NCBI GenBank assembly: GCA_015680685.1 | Contig: MNCI01001083.1 | Location: 177,989-241,988 of the forward strand | Reading direction: 5' to 3' | Source of the DNA: Gnetum montanum | Lineage: Eukaryota; Plantae; Gnetophyta | Length of the DNA stretch: 64,000 nucleotides | Shown: one piece after another, positions 28,228 through 42,030 of the stretch | Layout of the letters: every line of letters starts with the position of its first letter | Numbering within the stretch: position 1 is the stretch's first letter | Program-made: the position numbers and the translations under genes | The notes under the pieces: generated by a model | What the model was told of the DNA's origin: nothing | Databases searched by the model: none | What the model saw: the letters and a program-made list of their open reading frames with translations, nothing else

Positions 28228-30104
28228 GCTAGCACGTTTTCAGTTTATGGTACATATTGGGTACTAACATTTGTAAATTGCTAGATCAATTTCTTTCCTA
28301 GGTCATAGTAAGATTGCAAATGTTTGGCTTTGCATGCATAAACCTTGGTTACTTGGTTAACCAGAAGTTGTGAATCACCTTTGATCATTAAGCATTTTAT
28401 TCCTAGGTTAAGAGCTACCATCACCCCCCTAATCAATCCTTCATACTCCACTACATTGTTGTTACATAAGAATATGAAATGTTAAGCAAAGGGTTGGATT
28501 TCACTAGATTGAAATGTTATGATGGTAGTAGCACTAGCCCCATGGGCTTTCAAAGCTCTATCAAAGTACATGACCCCCTCATAGCCCTTGGGTACATTGC
28601 TAACAATGTTGACATGATCATCCAGAAATTTAGGGTCTATGGCTGCATGCTCTTCTACTGGTGAAGTAGTAAGTTATATGGCTATAGTTTGACCTTTCAT
28701 TGAGGCTTGAGAGATGTAATGTAGGTCAAACTTGGCCATTATGGCTTATCAATAGGCTATACAACTACATTCATAGATATTGGTTATGATGGCTCTAAGC
28801 ACATTGTCCTTACAAATTACATTGACCTAGCTCCTACAAAGGTAGTGCTGCCACTTCTTTAGTGAGAAGACTAGGGCTCGACAATACTTCTATACTTCAA
28901 TGTATTAGCTCTTATAGGCAATCAACACATGATTTAAGTATTATATAGCTAACTTCACTCCATCATCTCATATTTGATAGATTAAAGAGGCAATAGACAT
29001 GTTGGAGATAGTAAGGTAGATGTAGAAAGGTCTATCCTTTTGTGATGGATAAATTGTAGGTAGCTGTGCAAACTTTTGATTAAGGTTTTCAAAGGCTTCT
29101 TAGCATTGATTAATCCCCTCATAGTGAACTCCTTTGTTAAGTAAGTGTTCTATAGGTTGTAATTTATCTATAAGACTAGTGATAAAATTATGGATAAATT
29201 GCAATATACCTTGCAATCCCTGAAGCTCCTTAAGGTTAGTTAGTACTTCCAAGTTGGATATGACATTAAGCTTGTCAAGATTGACATGTATTCTTGCTTC
29301 AGATACTACGGAGTCAAGCATCTTACTAGTTTTGATGCCAAAGATACACTTCTTGGGGTTAATCCTAAGCTCATACTTGAGGCATTATTTAAGCACATGA
29401 TCAATATTATGCTCATGATCATTGGCCACTTTGGATGTAATGGTGATATCATCTACATATCCATTAAGAAATCCTAGCAAATAAGATGAAATAGAGGCTA
29501 CATAAGGTGAAATAAAGGCCAACTGATACTCTGATGACCACAAATGAAGCCAAATGACATCATAGGGCTGAAGAATGAAGGTTAACAATGCACAATAAGG
29601 TCAAATCAACCTAAAACATAGTGAAATAAAGATGGTTACATGGTTTCAAATGATGGTCATGGATTATCAAACCCCCTCACCTAACATTAATTAAAGGACA
29701 CACAAGGTCAACAATGGCCACAAGGGATAGTATAAGGTCAAACATGATCAACTATGATTACAGTTTGCCAATTTTAAATGTTAGCAAGCCATGTTGCTAG
29801 TTTAAGGCCTTGGTGGCCCATGGTCTTGCTAGTTTTAGGCATTAGTAGGAAATATAATGGTTACATGGTGTTAAATGATGGCCAAGGATGATCAAACCCC
29901 ATAACCTAATACTAATCAAAGGTCAAACAAGGTCAATGGAGGTCAAAAGAGAGAGAATAAGGTAGATAAGGTGAAACTATGATTACATGTTTTCAATTTT
30001 AGGCCTTAGTAGGCCATGGTCTAGGTCTACAAAGTTGTCAAGAGAGTTTGGGCACATAATGAGCCCATTCTGAGCCTATTTTAAGTTAAAATGACACATT
30101 TTCT

Positions 30105-32280
30105 TGTGATTATGCTAGGCTCTACTGGTGACTATGCTGGCCAATGTAGTCAAACTAGGCCTTAGCATAGTTTGTGGTAGTATAAGGTTTTTTAGACCTA
30201 TTGTGACTAGTGTTGGATTCCTAATGATCTGTATGATTAATTTTTTGGATTGGGATTGAAAATCAATGCATTTTAACTTTTTTTTCATGCTCCAAAATTT
30301 TTAAATGATACCAAAATTGGTGACTACGTTGGGACTACATTGGCCTACATAGTCCAGGTCTACTCTAGCGTAGATGTAAGAGAAAAATGGGTTTATGGGA
30401 CTTCAGAGTTGCTACTAGTGTTCCAACAGCTTCCTAGGGTAGTGCAAGATTTGGAAAGCATTGAATAGGCTATTTGGAGGTCAAAATAGGTTTTAAAAGG
30501 TGGATTTTTGGCATCTAAACCTCATCACTATGTTGGCTAGCATATTTGAGAATTTCTCAACGTAGATGGATAAAAATCTTGATTTTTCATGGTTGACCAA
30601 GGTCAAATTGTAGGAAACATTAGGAAACATTAGGATTTTGGGCTTCTAGGCTTTTGGAATCAAGTTCTTGGCCATTCTAAGTGCTATTGTGCTAGTAAAA
30701 TCACTTTGGGGTAGGGACTACCCTAGCCAATGTAGTCCTAGGCCTGCCTCAACATAGTCACATGGAGTTTGGTATTTCCATGATCAAAACAAGGTGAAAT
30801 TATCACTAGGTGATGTCAAGCAATGTTCTAGATTTCTTAACTTAAATTTTTGGCCATTCGGGATGTCAAGATATTAAGCACATCAATTTCCAACCCTAAC
30901 TATGCTAGGACTATGTTGGCCAACATAATCATGACCTATTCTAGCATAGTAAGGTGTGAAATCTAGCTTTTGATGAGTTTTTCCAATCAATTGACTAGTC
31001 CCTTGGGTTCCTAGGATTATCTTGGCTAGGGTTTTTTCTCATGATAGTTGATTTTGGAGGTTTTTTAAGCATTGAAATGACCATTTTCCATTTGGAGTAT
31101 GCTAGCTAGCATAGTTGAGCCTAGCTTAAATTTAAATAAGGTAAATCTAACACTTCCAGGATCAAAACGAGGTGAATTTGCAACTTCGTAAGGCTAAGCA
31201 AGGTTCTAGGTTTCCAAGCTAGGTTCTAGGCTATTTTGAGTGTCAAACTACTCTTCAATGCTTTCCAAGACCATGACATCACTGGGACTATGCTAACCAG
31301 CATAGTCCAAACTTGATCCAGTGTAGTCACAACATGAATTTTGGATTTTAGTGCAATTCCTTAGTTGATTGACTAGGTTATTGAGTTCTAAGGTCACTCT
31401 ATTAGAAACTAGGATTTGAAGCCTAAGATAGTCAGTTTTTATGATGGTTGTTTGGATGTCAAATTGGTCATACACCACTGGACTACATTAGCTAGCATAC
31501 TACTAGTGTGGATGGGGTATGTATGGTGAGTTTTGGCCATTTTCAACTATGTTTATAGGGTTTAATGATCTCTAAAGATTCCAATAGGGTTTTTAGTTGA
31601 CATTATTCTTCCAAGAGTTAATTGGACATGTTGGTAACCAATTTTGATGTTTTGGGATTGGGACTACACTAGCCAACATAGTCCCAAGCATTCACAGTGT
31701 AGTCAATAAATGAAAATGCAATTTTGCATTCTTTTGTCTCATAGTTTTTCAATGCAAGGTTACAAGAGATTCCAATGGAGTTTTAAGGTCAAGATATGGT
31801 AGTTTGGATTTTGTTACTTGCTTTTGCTAATCCACCATAATCCAAGTACACTAGGACTCTATTGGCTAGCATAATTAGGATCACCCCTAGCATAATCTAA
31901 AGTTTAGAATGAAATTTAGCTTATTTTGGATTAGTTATTTGCTATTTTCAGGTCACCAGAGGTTCTAGAGTGATGTTCAAATCAAAATATGTCAATTCAA
32001 AAGTTATTTAGGTATTTAATTTTTATTCCTTTCTCAACTACACTAGGACTATGCTAGCTGACATAGTTGAGATCTTCCCAATGTAGTGCATGCAAGGAAA
32101 ATTATTTTTAATGCTTTTAGCCTAGTTTCATGGAATTTCAGAGTTGTTGGGGACCTTAGTTAGAGTTTGGTGCATGGTGTTGAAATTTTGGAGTCAATGA
32201 GAAGTTCTGTTAATAGAAAAAGAAATCATCCCACTAGTGATTGCACTAGCCAACATAGTTGGACTACTAGACAACGTAGT
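30105..32280. repeat. Array of 12 decayed palindromes (reconstructed GACTACGCTGGCCAGCGTAGTC) at ~190-bp period
   Basis: Copies start at 30130, 30333, 30526, 30716, 30909, 31095, 31286, 31481, 31662, 31855, 32047 and 32239. Confidence 0.85.
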
Positions 32281-32699
32281 TACTAAAAATGGCAAGTTTC
32301 GATGTGGATTTTAGCCTTAGTATCTAGTTTCCATAAATGCCAACACCTAGTTTTTCATTTTGGGCATAAGGTTTCATAACATGTATGGACCATTGTGAGG
32401 TGATTTTTTATAGTATTTTTTATTTTTGAATCCATTTCAAGGCTTCTAGGTGCCTAAACTATAGTGTAGTAACCATGGGATGTTGAAAACCTAAGTGTGT
32501 TAGGATTTTCATTAGCTTACTACATAGGTGACTAGTGGGGCCAATCTTAAATTTTACTTTTTATGCTAATTGGTTTTCCCACTTTTCAATCTTTATCAAG
32601 GAGTTCATTGTAACTTGGATGAACATTTGGGGAAACCAAGGTTTTGGTAGTTAGGACATAATTTTGTGAGTAATTTCCAAATCATAGTTTTACACAAAT

Positions 32700-35600
32700 C
32701 ATAATCTTCCCATAACTACCAAGCTTCAGCACACATCATTAGAGCTCTAAACCTATTCTTGCATCTACTTCCTTCATCCGTAGCATAATCTAGCATTTCT
32801 ACTCTAAGGAGTGGGTGGAGTTGGTGCAGGAGGCTCCAAAAGCTTAAGGATTTCAATGGTTTTTGCATCATTCATCAACATGTTGAAGAGGAAGGCTTTC
32901 ACCAATAGGAATCCAACCTTGGAGGAGGTGGATGCAACTTCACAAGGTCTCTTTCACCTCCCATAGCTAGTGATCAGTGAAGGTTCTATTTTCGTGACTC
33001 CTAGGTACACAAATCCTAACCATTTCATGTAAAATTTCCTTGGAATCCTAGGCATTTTTAGTCATGTGGGTTTGTTTGTTTGATAGATTTGAATGTTGCA
33101 AAATTCCTAGATTCTATCAAGGCTATGTTTATGGATTTTTGGTGTTTCTTTGGCTATGAAATTGGTGTGTATTGAATTATAAATTTTGTTTCAACTATTT
33201 ATATGCATTCTTGGTAATTTTCAGGAAAAAAGTAACATCAATGTTGTATGTTTTTATCTTCAAACAGTTTGGAAATTTTATTTTTTATTTCCATGAAACT
33301 ATAGTACTATTTTTAATGGTCAAATGATTTTTTAATGACTAAATATTTACTTCTGGTGAATTCTCTACAAATTTTTCTGTAAGCCACTATATAGTGGATG
33401 TTTAGTTTTGGCAGTTTTATAGGGTAATTTGGTATTTTCTCATGTCCTAATGGTTAAGAATGTTTTGGTTATCAGGTTTTGAATTTTTACTATATTTTTT
33501 ATTGATTCAAATGACTATGGAATTACTCAATTCTAATGTGTGGTTAATTTTTGGCGAATTTTTTTGTAAACTTGCACAAAGTGGGGTTTTGCTGTTATGG
33601 TTTTCTTTATGTTAATTTTGCATTTTATTTATTTATTTTTTTGAAAAAATAGCTAGGATTTGTTTTTATGGTTTTAAGTTTTTATTTTTTTGTTCAAGAA
33701 TTCCAATTCCTAAAGAATCATCAAATTTGATTACATAATTGATTTTTGGTAAATTTTTTGATTCGTGTAAAGATATGGTTTTTGGTTGGCATGGTTTTAC
33801 CTATGTCAAGATGAGCAGCATTAGCACTTTGAAAACTTTTTCCATCCAACATCCTAGGTTCTTAAAGATAATCTAAGGTGTTAGGAAGGGTTTTGAAGTG
33901 ATTATGGCAAAGTTAAAAGTTTTTTGATTATTTTTATTGGTCATCTATTGTAGCCATTTTCTATAGTTTTGGGTTGTTGTAATGTTTTTGTTGAATGTTG
34001 TTAAGGCTTTGGGTTGGTGTTCAAAAAGTTTTTTGAAGCTTGGAATTGGAGTGTAGATGTCCAAATTTTATTAAGTTTTGATGCCCACACAAGTCCTAGC
34101 CTTAGAAAAAAAATTTAGTTCTAATCAATCATTTCCTACCAAGAGTAAACTGTTCTGTACAACTGCAATTTTATCCATGAAAACTACAAGTAGTGTTGGT
34201 GTTGTTTTGGCATACTTTTAGTTACATTCAAAGTTTCTTAAGGTTTTTTGCATGTTGGTTTTTAGTTCTTAATATTCATTTGAAATTTTAGAAAATTTTA
34301 ACTAGCCTTCCAAGAGTTTTTAGTGTGGCTAATTTCACCATTAACTAGAATGCTTAGTACAATTTTGCAAAATTTGAATTGGTGTTTGGTGACTGTTGTA
34401 GTAGTTGCAAGCTAGTTTTCATGTTTTTGATGTTTCTACATAAAATAACTTTACACCTTAGTGCATATCTTCCCATAAAAACTACCATCTATTATTGGTA
34501 GGCCACTTGGTTATATATGCTTTTTAGTTGTTCCTAGTTTTGGCTTTGGTTCTAAGTGGCAAAACTATGTTTTTAGTTGTTTTTTTTTTATAAAAATGTT
34601 GATTTAAAGTTGTAGTTATTTTGGTTACTTAGCACTTGTTCATATTCAGTTATGGTTGTTTATAGTTTTAACTATTGTTGTTGTTGTGTGTAGAACCTTT
34701 CTTAGGCACATATTAGTGATGATTGAGCTAGTGGGGCTACTTTTCTTTGTTTATGCATCAAGACACCACACCCTACCCCCATAGATGACATTGGAGCATG
34801 TCTCTCTATGGTTCAGGCCTAAGGCAAAAGAGTTCATGACCTTACTACTGCATATTTTAGTGTGATGGTATGGTCACACTTGTCATCTCTTACGGTGATT
34901 GTGTTCATCGAAACTCTATTGCCTAGGTCCTTAAGCTTGATTGTTAAGTTCCTAAAAGATGATTCTAAAACACATGTAGAGGGTGAAGTTCTTGATGGCA
35001 CTTATACAAGAGACAATTTTAAGCTATCCAAGATTTAGGACATGCTTGAGTTTAGCTTGTATAATGCCAACAACACACTATTGCTTGATCACTGTGCCCA
35101 TACATTGTTTCAAAACCCTTCCAATACTATTATTTTTTTATGGATATCTTTATTATTTTTTTATTAGGCTATTTGCTTGTAATGTTTTTCTTGCTTTAAT
35201 TGGTATGCTTTCAGGTACAGGGTGGATGACAAGGGGTTCATCAAAAGTAACTAGCTTCTACCCTTGGCTCAAATGGCATTGGAGGCTTTTGCCAAAAGCC
35301 TTAAGAGGCTTACAATGCTGGAGCAACTAAGAGGTGACTTGGGTAAGTACACCACATGTTATTCTAATGCATACCAAAGGTGTGTAGATAATGGAATATC
35401 ACATGCTTGGTGGGCCAAGTTAGATCTTTCTTGCATACCCATAGAGGCCCTTATGCAACCCTCTTCTAGCAAGAAAGGTAAGAATTATATATTTTTTATT
35501 TTTTTATGTCAACATTTTCATGATTTCATAGTTGTAGGTTTTTAGGCATTATGTGTATAAAAGGTTTTCCTGATCTTTATTGGCTATAAATTTGGTTTTA

Positions 35601-38400
35601 ATTTGGTTATACTTATTATATTGTCGTTTGATGTGCTTATTCCAGAGCTAATCATCATCTTGTCATATTATAGGGGCTATCACCTCCTTGACCATCATAC
35701 TAGTTATTTCAGGATGCTCTAAGAAGACTTTCAACCTCAAGTACAGGGAGGTGGATTTAGCACAATAATGGTTGGCTAGTAGGGAATCCAAAAACATTCA
35801 AGAAAAAATCACTGATGTAGGTTTGCTTGATCTCTTCATGGCCCCTAGGTCAACTATCCCTAACCCTAAGATGGTGAACATCATCGACTCCTTTGATCAA
35901 GTAGTGAATAAGTTCATCACTCAAGTTCATGGTGTGTCTATCACCCTAGCCACCAATGAATCTGCTTTTAGTGACCTCTTTAGCATTCCTTGTGATGGCC
36001 TAAAGATTTTCACTAAATAATGTAAAGAGGTGAACCACCAGGAGGAGGTGGAGGAGCAATTAAACACTCATCATGATTACAAGGGGTTGTCTCTTAACAA
36101 ATTCAAGGCTGAAGAGGCTAGAGAGGCATATCCCTTATTTTGCTCCCATGGGTTTCCCAAGTTGTTGTTGCAAGGTAAAATCATGCATGTTCAGCAAGCA
36201 TGCACCATGAAGAAGGTCCTTTCATATGATGCTCAATTTAACTAGGCTAGTATCTTAGCTTCTAGGCTACATGGTGAGATCCTTAAACTCCGTGACAACC
36301 TCACAATGAAATGCCACATTCATTATGCATTCTTTGTGGCATATCTAAGGAGGTTCATAGAGTTCTTGGTGGTGATGAAGGATGGAAAATAGGTATTCCA
36401 AGATCCATTCCAACTCTCCAAGCCATGGGTTAAATATGTTTATCCCACTATGTAGGCTTAGAACCAACTAGAGGATGTTGGGGAATCACTATCTGTTACC
36501 ACTAAGACACTTAGTTATAGGTGTTTCCTTTTGTTGATAGCATGAGGATTGAACCCTAGGTTGAGCATGGAAATTTTGAATGGACTAAGACATTGTGAGC
36601 TAAAGCTAAATGTTTAGCTAGATCCAAACTAAAGAGGCCCATGGTTAAGGAATCAACACCAGTGATCGAGCAAGCCTTCATAAGGAGGTTCATGGTTGGA
36701 CTTGGCCAAGCATGCAACATGGTCATAGGTATGTTTTAATTTGTTTTATATTTTATGTTTTTTGCATTTTTATGGCTTATGTTATTAAGGATATATTATT
36801 ATTTTGTTTTAAGTAAGATATGCTAAGTCATATTATGTTTAGCTCTTGTTCTTGTAGGCAAGCAACAAGAGTTGGTAGCCCATGTAGTAACAGTGGAGGC
36901 AAAGAAAAAATGCCTAAAGGAGAAGATGCTACAAGTCCATGAGGACAAGGGATTATCCAATGTCCCATTGGATGACTTTAACTTCACATTTAATCCCTCA
37001 TAGCTTGGTGAACCCCTTGTCATCATTCCAAATGATGCTCCAAGTATGTATTCCTTTTGTTTCATGTGTTTGAGTTCTTGATGTTTTATGCTTAAGCTTT
37101 GTTTTGATCATTTGCTGATTTTTATGCTTTCCTTAGCTACTAATCATTAATCCACCAACTCAACCTCCATGTTTTTCATGAAGACATGGGTTGACACTCC
37201 TAACAAGAGGGAATTCATGTGGGAAATGGCTAAGGATATGATTAACTAGTTGCAATAGGTTTCTTTCAATGTTGATAAGAACTTGGCTTATCTTGTGCTT
37301 TTAGTTTTTTTCTTTATGGTTGTATTATTTTATTTATATTTTAATTTTTTGTTTCTTGGTCATATGGTTACTTACTATTTTTGCATATGTTTTGTTTTTT
37401 GTTGTTTTCAACACCTATGCTTATATGGGATCCCAACCATCACATTGAGACCGATATCCTAGCTAGCTTTCCCTTAGATGTGAAGAGTGTAGCCAAAAGT
37501 TGTATGAAAGTGACACTAATTATGAATTTTCATGTGCCAAAATTTCATGGGAAGTTCAACATTCTAATGAGTTCCTATGGAAACATGTTATAGCATTGGA
37601 AAAACAACATAAGAAGCTACCAAAGGCCTATAGGGATCTCAAAGATCATAAGGAATTTGTGGAGGCCTAAGTGGGCAACAAGAGTTCCTTACAAACTAAG
37701 GAGATCAAGTAGGAATAGTACTAGAATGCCATCAATGGCAAGGTTACACTTGCCTAAGAGGTTGCAGAGTAGAAGCTCCAAATGGACTTGTTGGCATGCA
37801 AGGCTAGGGAGTGGAGAGAGTACTATGCCTAGGTTCTTGAGTGGGGTTGGATATAGAAAGACCACAAGAAGAAATACAAGGCTGAACATGAAGCCTATGT
37901 TAGGTGCTTAAAGTAGGAGTCCATTGAATGATGCAAGTTGAAGTTGTTTGTGAAAGGGATTCAGGTGGAGGATGTCTTCAAACTATTTGAAGGCACTCTA
38001 ACCATGGCTAATTCCTCATCTCCTCAGGTCTCTACAACTTCTAGGAAGGTGACTACTAAGAAATTTTTGTAGGAGCCACCTATATGAAAAAATATTGATG
38101 AAGGCAACATCTCAAATATCAAGAAGGTGGACTAGTCCCACATGACTGAGGAACAAATCCTCCATCATTTGGAGGTTGGCCTTTGGAATCTTCCATCAGA
38201 AGATGTTCCACTTGAGTCCTCCTAGGTTTGCTTATTTTATTTATTTTATCATATTTCATTTTAAGTTAATTTAATTTATAATTTGGTTTCATACTTTGTT
38301 GATTATTGGTTAACTTATGTTTTTTGTTGTGGTATAGGTACTAGGTGACATTGATGCCCCAATGGTGAAGATGAAAGTGCTTCTCAGCCCCCTCTAGTAA
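32700..38400 (+). pseudogene. Decayed multi-exon accessory gene antisense to Tat pol (plant-transposon/PMD-like domain plus coiled coil)
   Basis: GT donors at 33005, 35478, 36729, 37044 and 38226; AG acceptors at 34693, 35214, 35673, 36857, 37136, 37593 and 38337, flanking T-rich introns; exon peptide IIDSFDQVVNKFITQVHGVSITLATNESAFSDLFSIPCDG. Confidence 0.6.
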
Positions 38401-38714
38401 ACCCTTAGTACCATCTATTGGTTATTACCTATGGTTATTCCTTTTGTTATGTTGATGATATTATTTATGGCTATTGTTACCCTTTGATGTGGTTGATAGA
38501 TTGTGTATAATTTAAGCTTTCATGTTTACTATGTTATAGACATTGGACACTTATTATTTTTAAATTTTAATTTGGTTTATATGTTTTAATGTTTAATGTT
38601 TACATTTTCAGTATCATGTCATAGGCTATGTTGGTTAACTTATGCGATTATGACTAGTTATAAAAAGTAACATTGGCTACTAAGGAGTGAACTAGGTTGC
38701 AAATGGTGATAAAC

Positions 38715-38975
38715 ATTTTACTAGTTTTAGGCCATGATGGACCATACTTTTTGCCAATTTTAGGTCATGGAGGGCCATGTCATTTGATAGTTTTAGGCCA
38801 TGGTGATTTGTGATATTTGCCAATTTTAGGCCATGGTGGGTCATGCGAATTATTAGTTTTAGGCCATGGCAAGCCATGCAGTTTGCCAGTTTTAGGCCAT
38901 TGTAGGTCATGCAATTTGCTACTTTTAGGCCATGGTTAGCCATGTGATTTGTTAGTTTTAGGCCATGGTGAGTTT
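38715..38975. repeat. 33-bp tandem array (~8 units, core GCYAGTTTTAGGCCATGG)
   Basis: TTTTAGGCCATGG recurs every 33 bp and produces the HHGLKLA repeat in ORF 38692-38988. Confidence 0.9.
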
Positions 38976-41569
38976 TACGTTTTGACAAGAAAAATTTTTG
39001 TTGGTTTTTATGTTTTTTTAAATTTTTATTTGTTTTTTCAAGTTTTAAAGTTTTTATAACATTTTTATAATTTACGTTCTAAGATAAAAGGGATTGAAAA
39101 AGTAAATTATAAATAAGAGTAAACCTTAGGTTATATGTGAAGTAAAGGTCAAAACAAAGTAAAACAAGAGTAAGCAAAATGGTGCATACAAGAGACATGT
39201 AAACTAGGCTAACAAGGTTATAGTTAAAGAAGGCCACATAGTTATAAGTGTAAGGGTGAACAAATCAAGGGCATACATCAATTACACAAGTGTTTCCTAA
39301 TATTTAATACATTAGGAAATTTGTACAATCTACTTTCCACAATTTTGTATTCCTTGTTTTCTTCAATTAAAACATTGAAGGGGAGCTCTTCCCATGGTGC
39401 ATCCATAGGCCCATTGTTGTTGTTTTTGGCCTCTTGTGCTATCTCAGGCTTCTTGACTTTGTGGTTGATAGTAGGAGCTTCTTTCTGAAACTCCAATTTT
39501 GAACCCCTATTCAATGTCAATATTGTTGATCGCCAAAGGAACCACATTGTTACCATGGACAACTATCTCACCTTCCTTGTAATGCAGGTGAATTTCTTGG
39601 TGGATTGATAAGGAAATAGCTCATAATTGAGCTAGCCAAGGTCTTCCTAGGATAAGGTTGAATCCTTGTGTCTATTCCACCACTAAGAAATTGGCCATTG
39701 TGGGGAATTATTCCCATACCACAAAGTCTAATAAAATTAGGCCTTTTATAGACACCTTAGATCTACTGGAGGACTTAAGAGTGGTTGTTGAAGTATGTTG
39801 CATATGCTTGGTTAGGCCTAGATGTTCTATGATGGTGTAAAGCATTATGTTTGTTGTGGCTCCATTGTCAACATCTGCTCTATGCACTTTGTATTGGCCT
39901 ATCTTTATGGTTATAAAGAGGGGATCCTTGGTTGTCTTGCCATATTGAGGATTGGTCGTGACTTCGCTATCACGAAACAGTAGTGTTGTCAACCTCATTT
40001 CTTCCCTTGGTGAAGGTGGAATAATCACTGTAAGGATGAACTCTTCACTAGTGAGGATATCTTCACTAATAAGAATAGAGGTCAACATCTTGACTAATGC
40101 CTCACTGTGTGCAACCTCACAATTCTATTCTCAAGTGACTCACATTTCCTCTCAAATTTTTAACTCACATTATTCTCATTATTCACAACTATTACTCTCA
40201 TTACTCTTATTCAACTCTTAATCTATTCCATCATTATTTACATTTAAATAGAGATATTCTACATCAACATAACATAACCTTGTTTTTTAGTTACAACTTC
40301 AACCAAGGAAGCTTTTAGGGAAGGATGAGTAATTAATTTGTTTTCTATAGAATTAATTTCTTTTTGTTTTGAGAAGTAAAGTTGGGAAAGGTATCAACTT
40401 TTCTAACAATTTGTTTCTTATTTCTTGTAGTTAGTTTCATTTTTCTTCAAAGAGAGTACTTCTTCTCTTTACAATAAATCATTTCATAAAAAGTAAAAAC
40501 TCTTGAGGAAGTTTTTTTAAATAAAGGCTGGCTTGATCCTTTATCTACCCTAGAGAAGATATTTTTAAAGATCAGTTGTAAGGATGAAAACCTAAAAAGC
40601 AACTTCAAAAACATTAAGTTTTTTCTTTAAACTTTCTTTTATATTGATAATATGATGCACTAGAATTTTTTAATTATTATTGTTTTTAAAATCTGCTTGT
40701 ATTATTATTTTTAAAATCAGATGGAACCAATTGAATATATATTTTAGTTAACGAACATATACATATATTAAACTGGGGAAAAAAAAACCTTCGAAACATA
40801 ACATGCTACAAAGATCTTTGTAGTAGTACAGCCCTCACCCTCAAGCCGCCAAAAAATTTCTGTCCAAAATTTTAACTCGTTCTATGCATTTGCTTTTTAA
40901 CAAATTAGCCCATAACAGTGATGGTTACCTAGTACCACTAGGACGTCAAATTTGCAATTTAAGTCCCAGCTTAACAGCTTCATGAAATGTAAAACAATCG
41001 GTATAGAAAATTTCAGTGTCTCGACCAAAACCCCAAGATTTTGAATGTTGGTGTAAATCCGGGTGTACCACCAACATTTTCAGCTCCTTGAGTGGTAGGA
41101 TTTGCATCAAACATTCCTTCGGTAGCATCTTCCTTCTCCCCCAATGCAGAGCACGTAGCGATTCAAGATTCCAGAAATCACTGCATAACTCTTCCAACGA
41201 TTCACATTCATACAACTGCAAATCCAAAGCCTTGTGGCACCGTATCAGCCTTGAACACTGTAAACGCAGAATCTCGAGATGCTTCAGCATTCCAAAACTC
41301 TGTGCAAGCTCGTACAGTGCGTGGCATTGGATGTTGAGTTCTCGGATATTTAAAATACAAAGCTCCTCTGGCATCCGTATTATCTCTGCTTCCATGTTGC
41401 AAAAATCCAGGGTCAATGCTCTTAAGGGGATGGACTCTGCTCTGTCGCGATCACCAGGGGTGGAGATTGTCGGCTGGAAAGAGGTGCCTGCAATCTTGAT
41501 ATGCAAATACCTCACAGGTTCCGGAATCTAAGTGAATAATAAAAGTGCCGTGAGCAGCTTTATTTAAAA

Positions 41570-41733
41570 TTTCAAAATATGCTACGCTATCAAGTTTATA
41601 CAACACATGCAGTGGGCAGCATTGCTTACGCTTTCCCAACCGATATTCTCGTTTCAAAATATGCTACGCTATCAAGTTTATACAACACATGCAGTGGGCA
41701 GCATTGCTTACGCTTTCCCAACCGATATTCTCG
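41570..41733. repeat. Perfect 82-bp tandem duplication within the LRR region
   Basis: 41570-41651 is identical to 41652-41733; the length is not a multiple of 3. Confidence 0.92.
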
Positions 41734-42030
41734 TCCTTCAGTACATGCAAAATCATAATACGCATGGAGCTGTAAGCCATTTTCACACGTTTTTGCACAA
41801 GAAAGTGTGAAGGTCCACGGTAAACTCTTAGGTTAAAGAAGTTGATGTCCCAGACCACCTGGCGTAGAGTAAGTGAGGAACCAGTTGGAAGCCACAAAAA
41901 TTGTAAAGTTTGGGCCAGCCAATCGACGCTTATGCCATCCAATTCTATCTGCTGCAACGCTAAATTCTCACCAAACGTAAGTGCCTTGATCGGGGGTTTC
42001 TGCAACATAACAATATCATGTAAGGGCCTT

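Larger units (their letters stand above)
23797..40090 (-). mobile_element. Tat-lineage (Ogre/Retand-type) Ty3/Gypsy element: PROT, [~9.7 kb interruption], RT-RH-aRH-INT, 3' region and LTR-like end
   Basis: Protease ADVDNGATTNIM (~39850-39880); RT MMSFG and YVDDITI (29440-29570); archaeal-type RNase H MYFDRA...CNNNVVEYEGLI...IKGDSQLLVNQV (28230-28575); integrase 26290-27500. Confidence 0.85.

Noticed and set aside
30105-32280. CRISPR array (regularly spaced palindromic repeats)
   Set aside because: Eukaryotic TE context, ~170-bp spacers that are partly homologous to each other, degenerate repeats, and no cas genes.
38692-38988. Protein with HHGLKLA repeats
   Set aside because: By-product of translating a 33-bp DNA array that also occurs inverted and with stops elsewhere.
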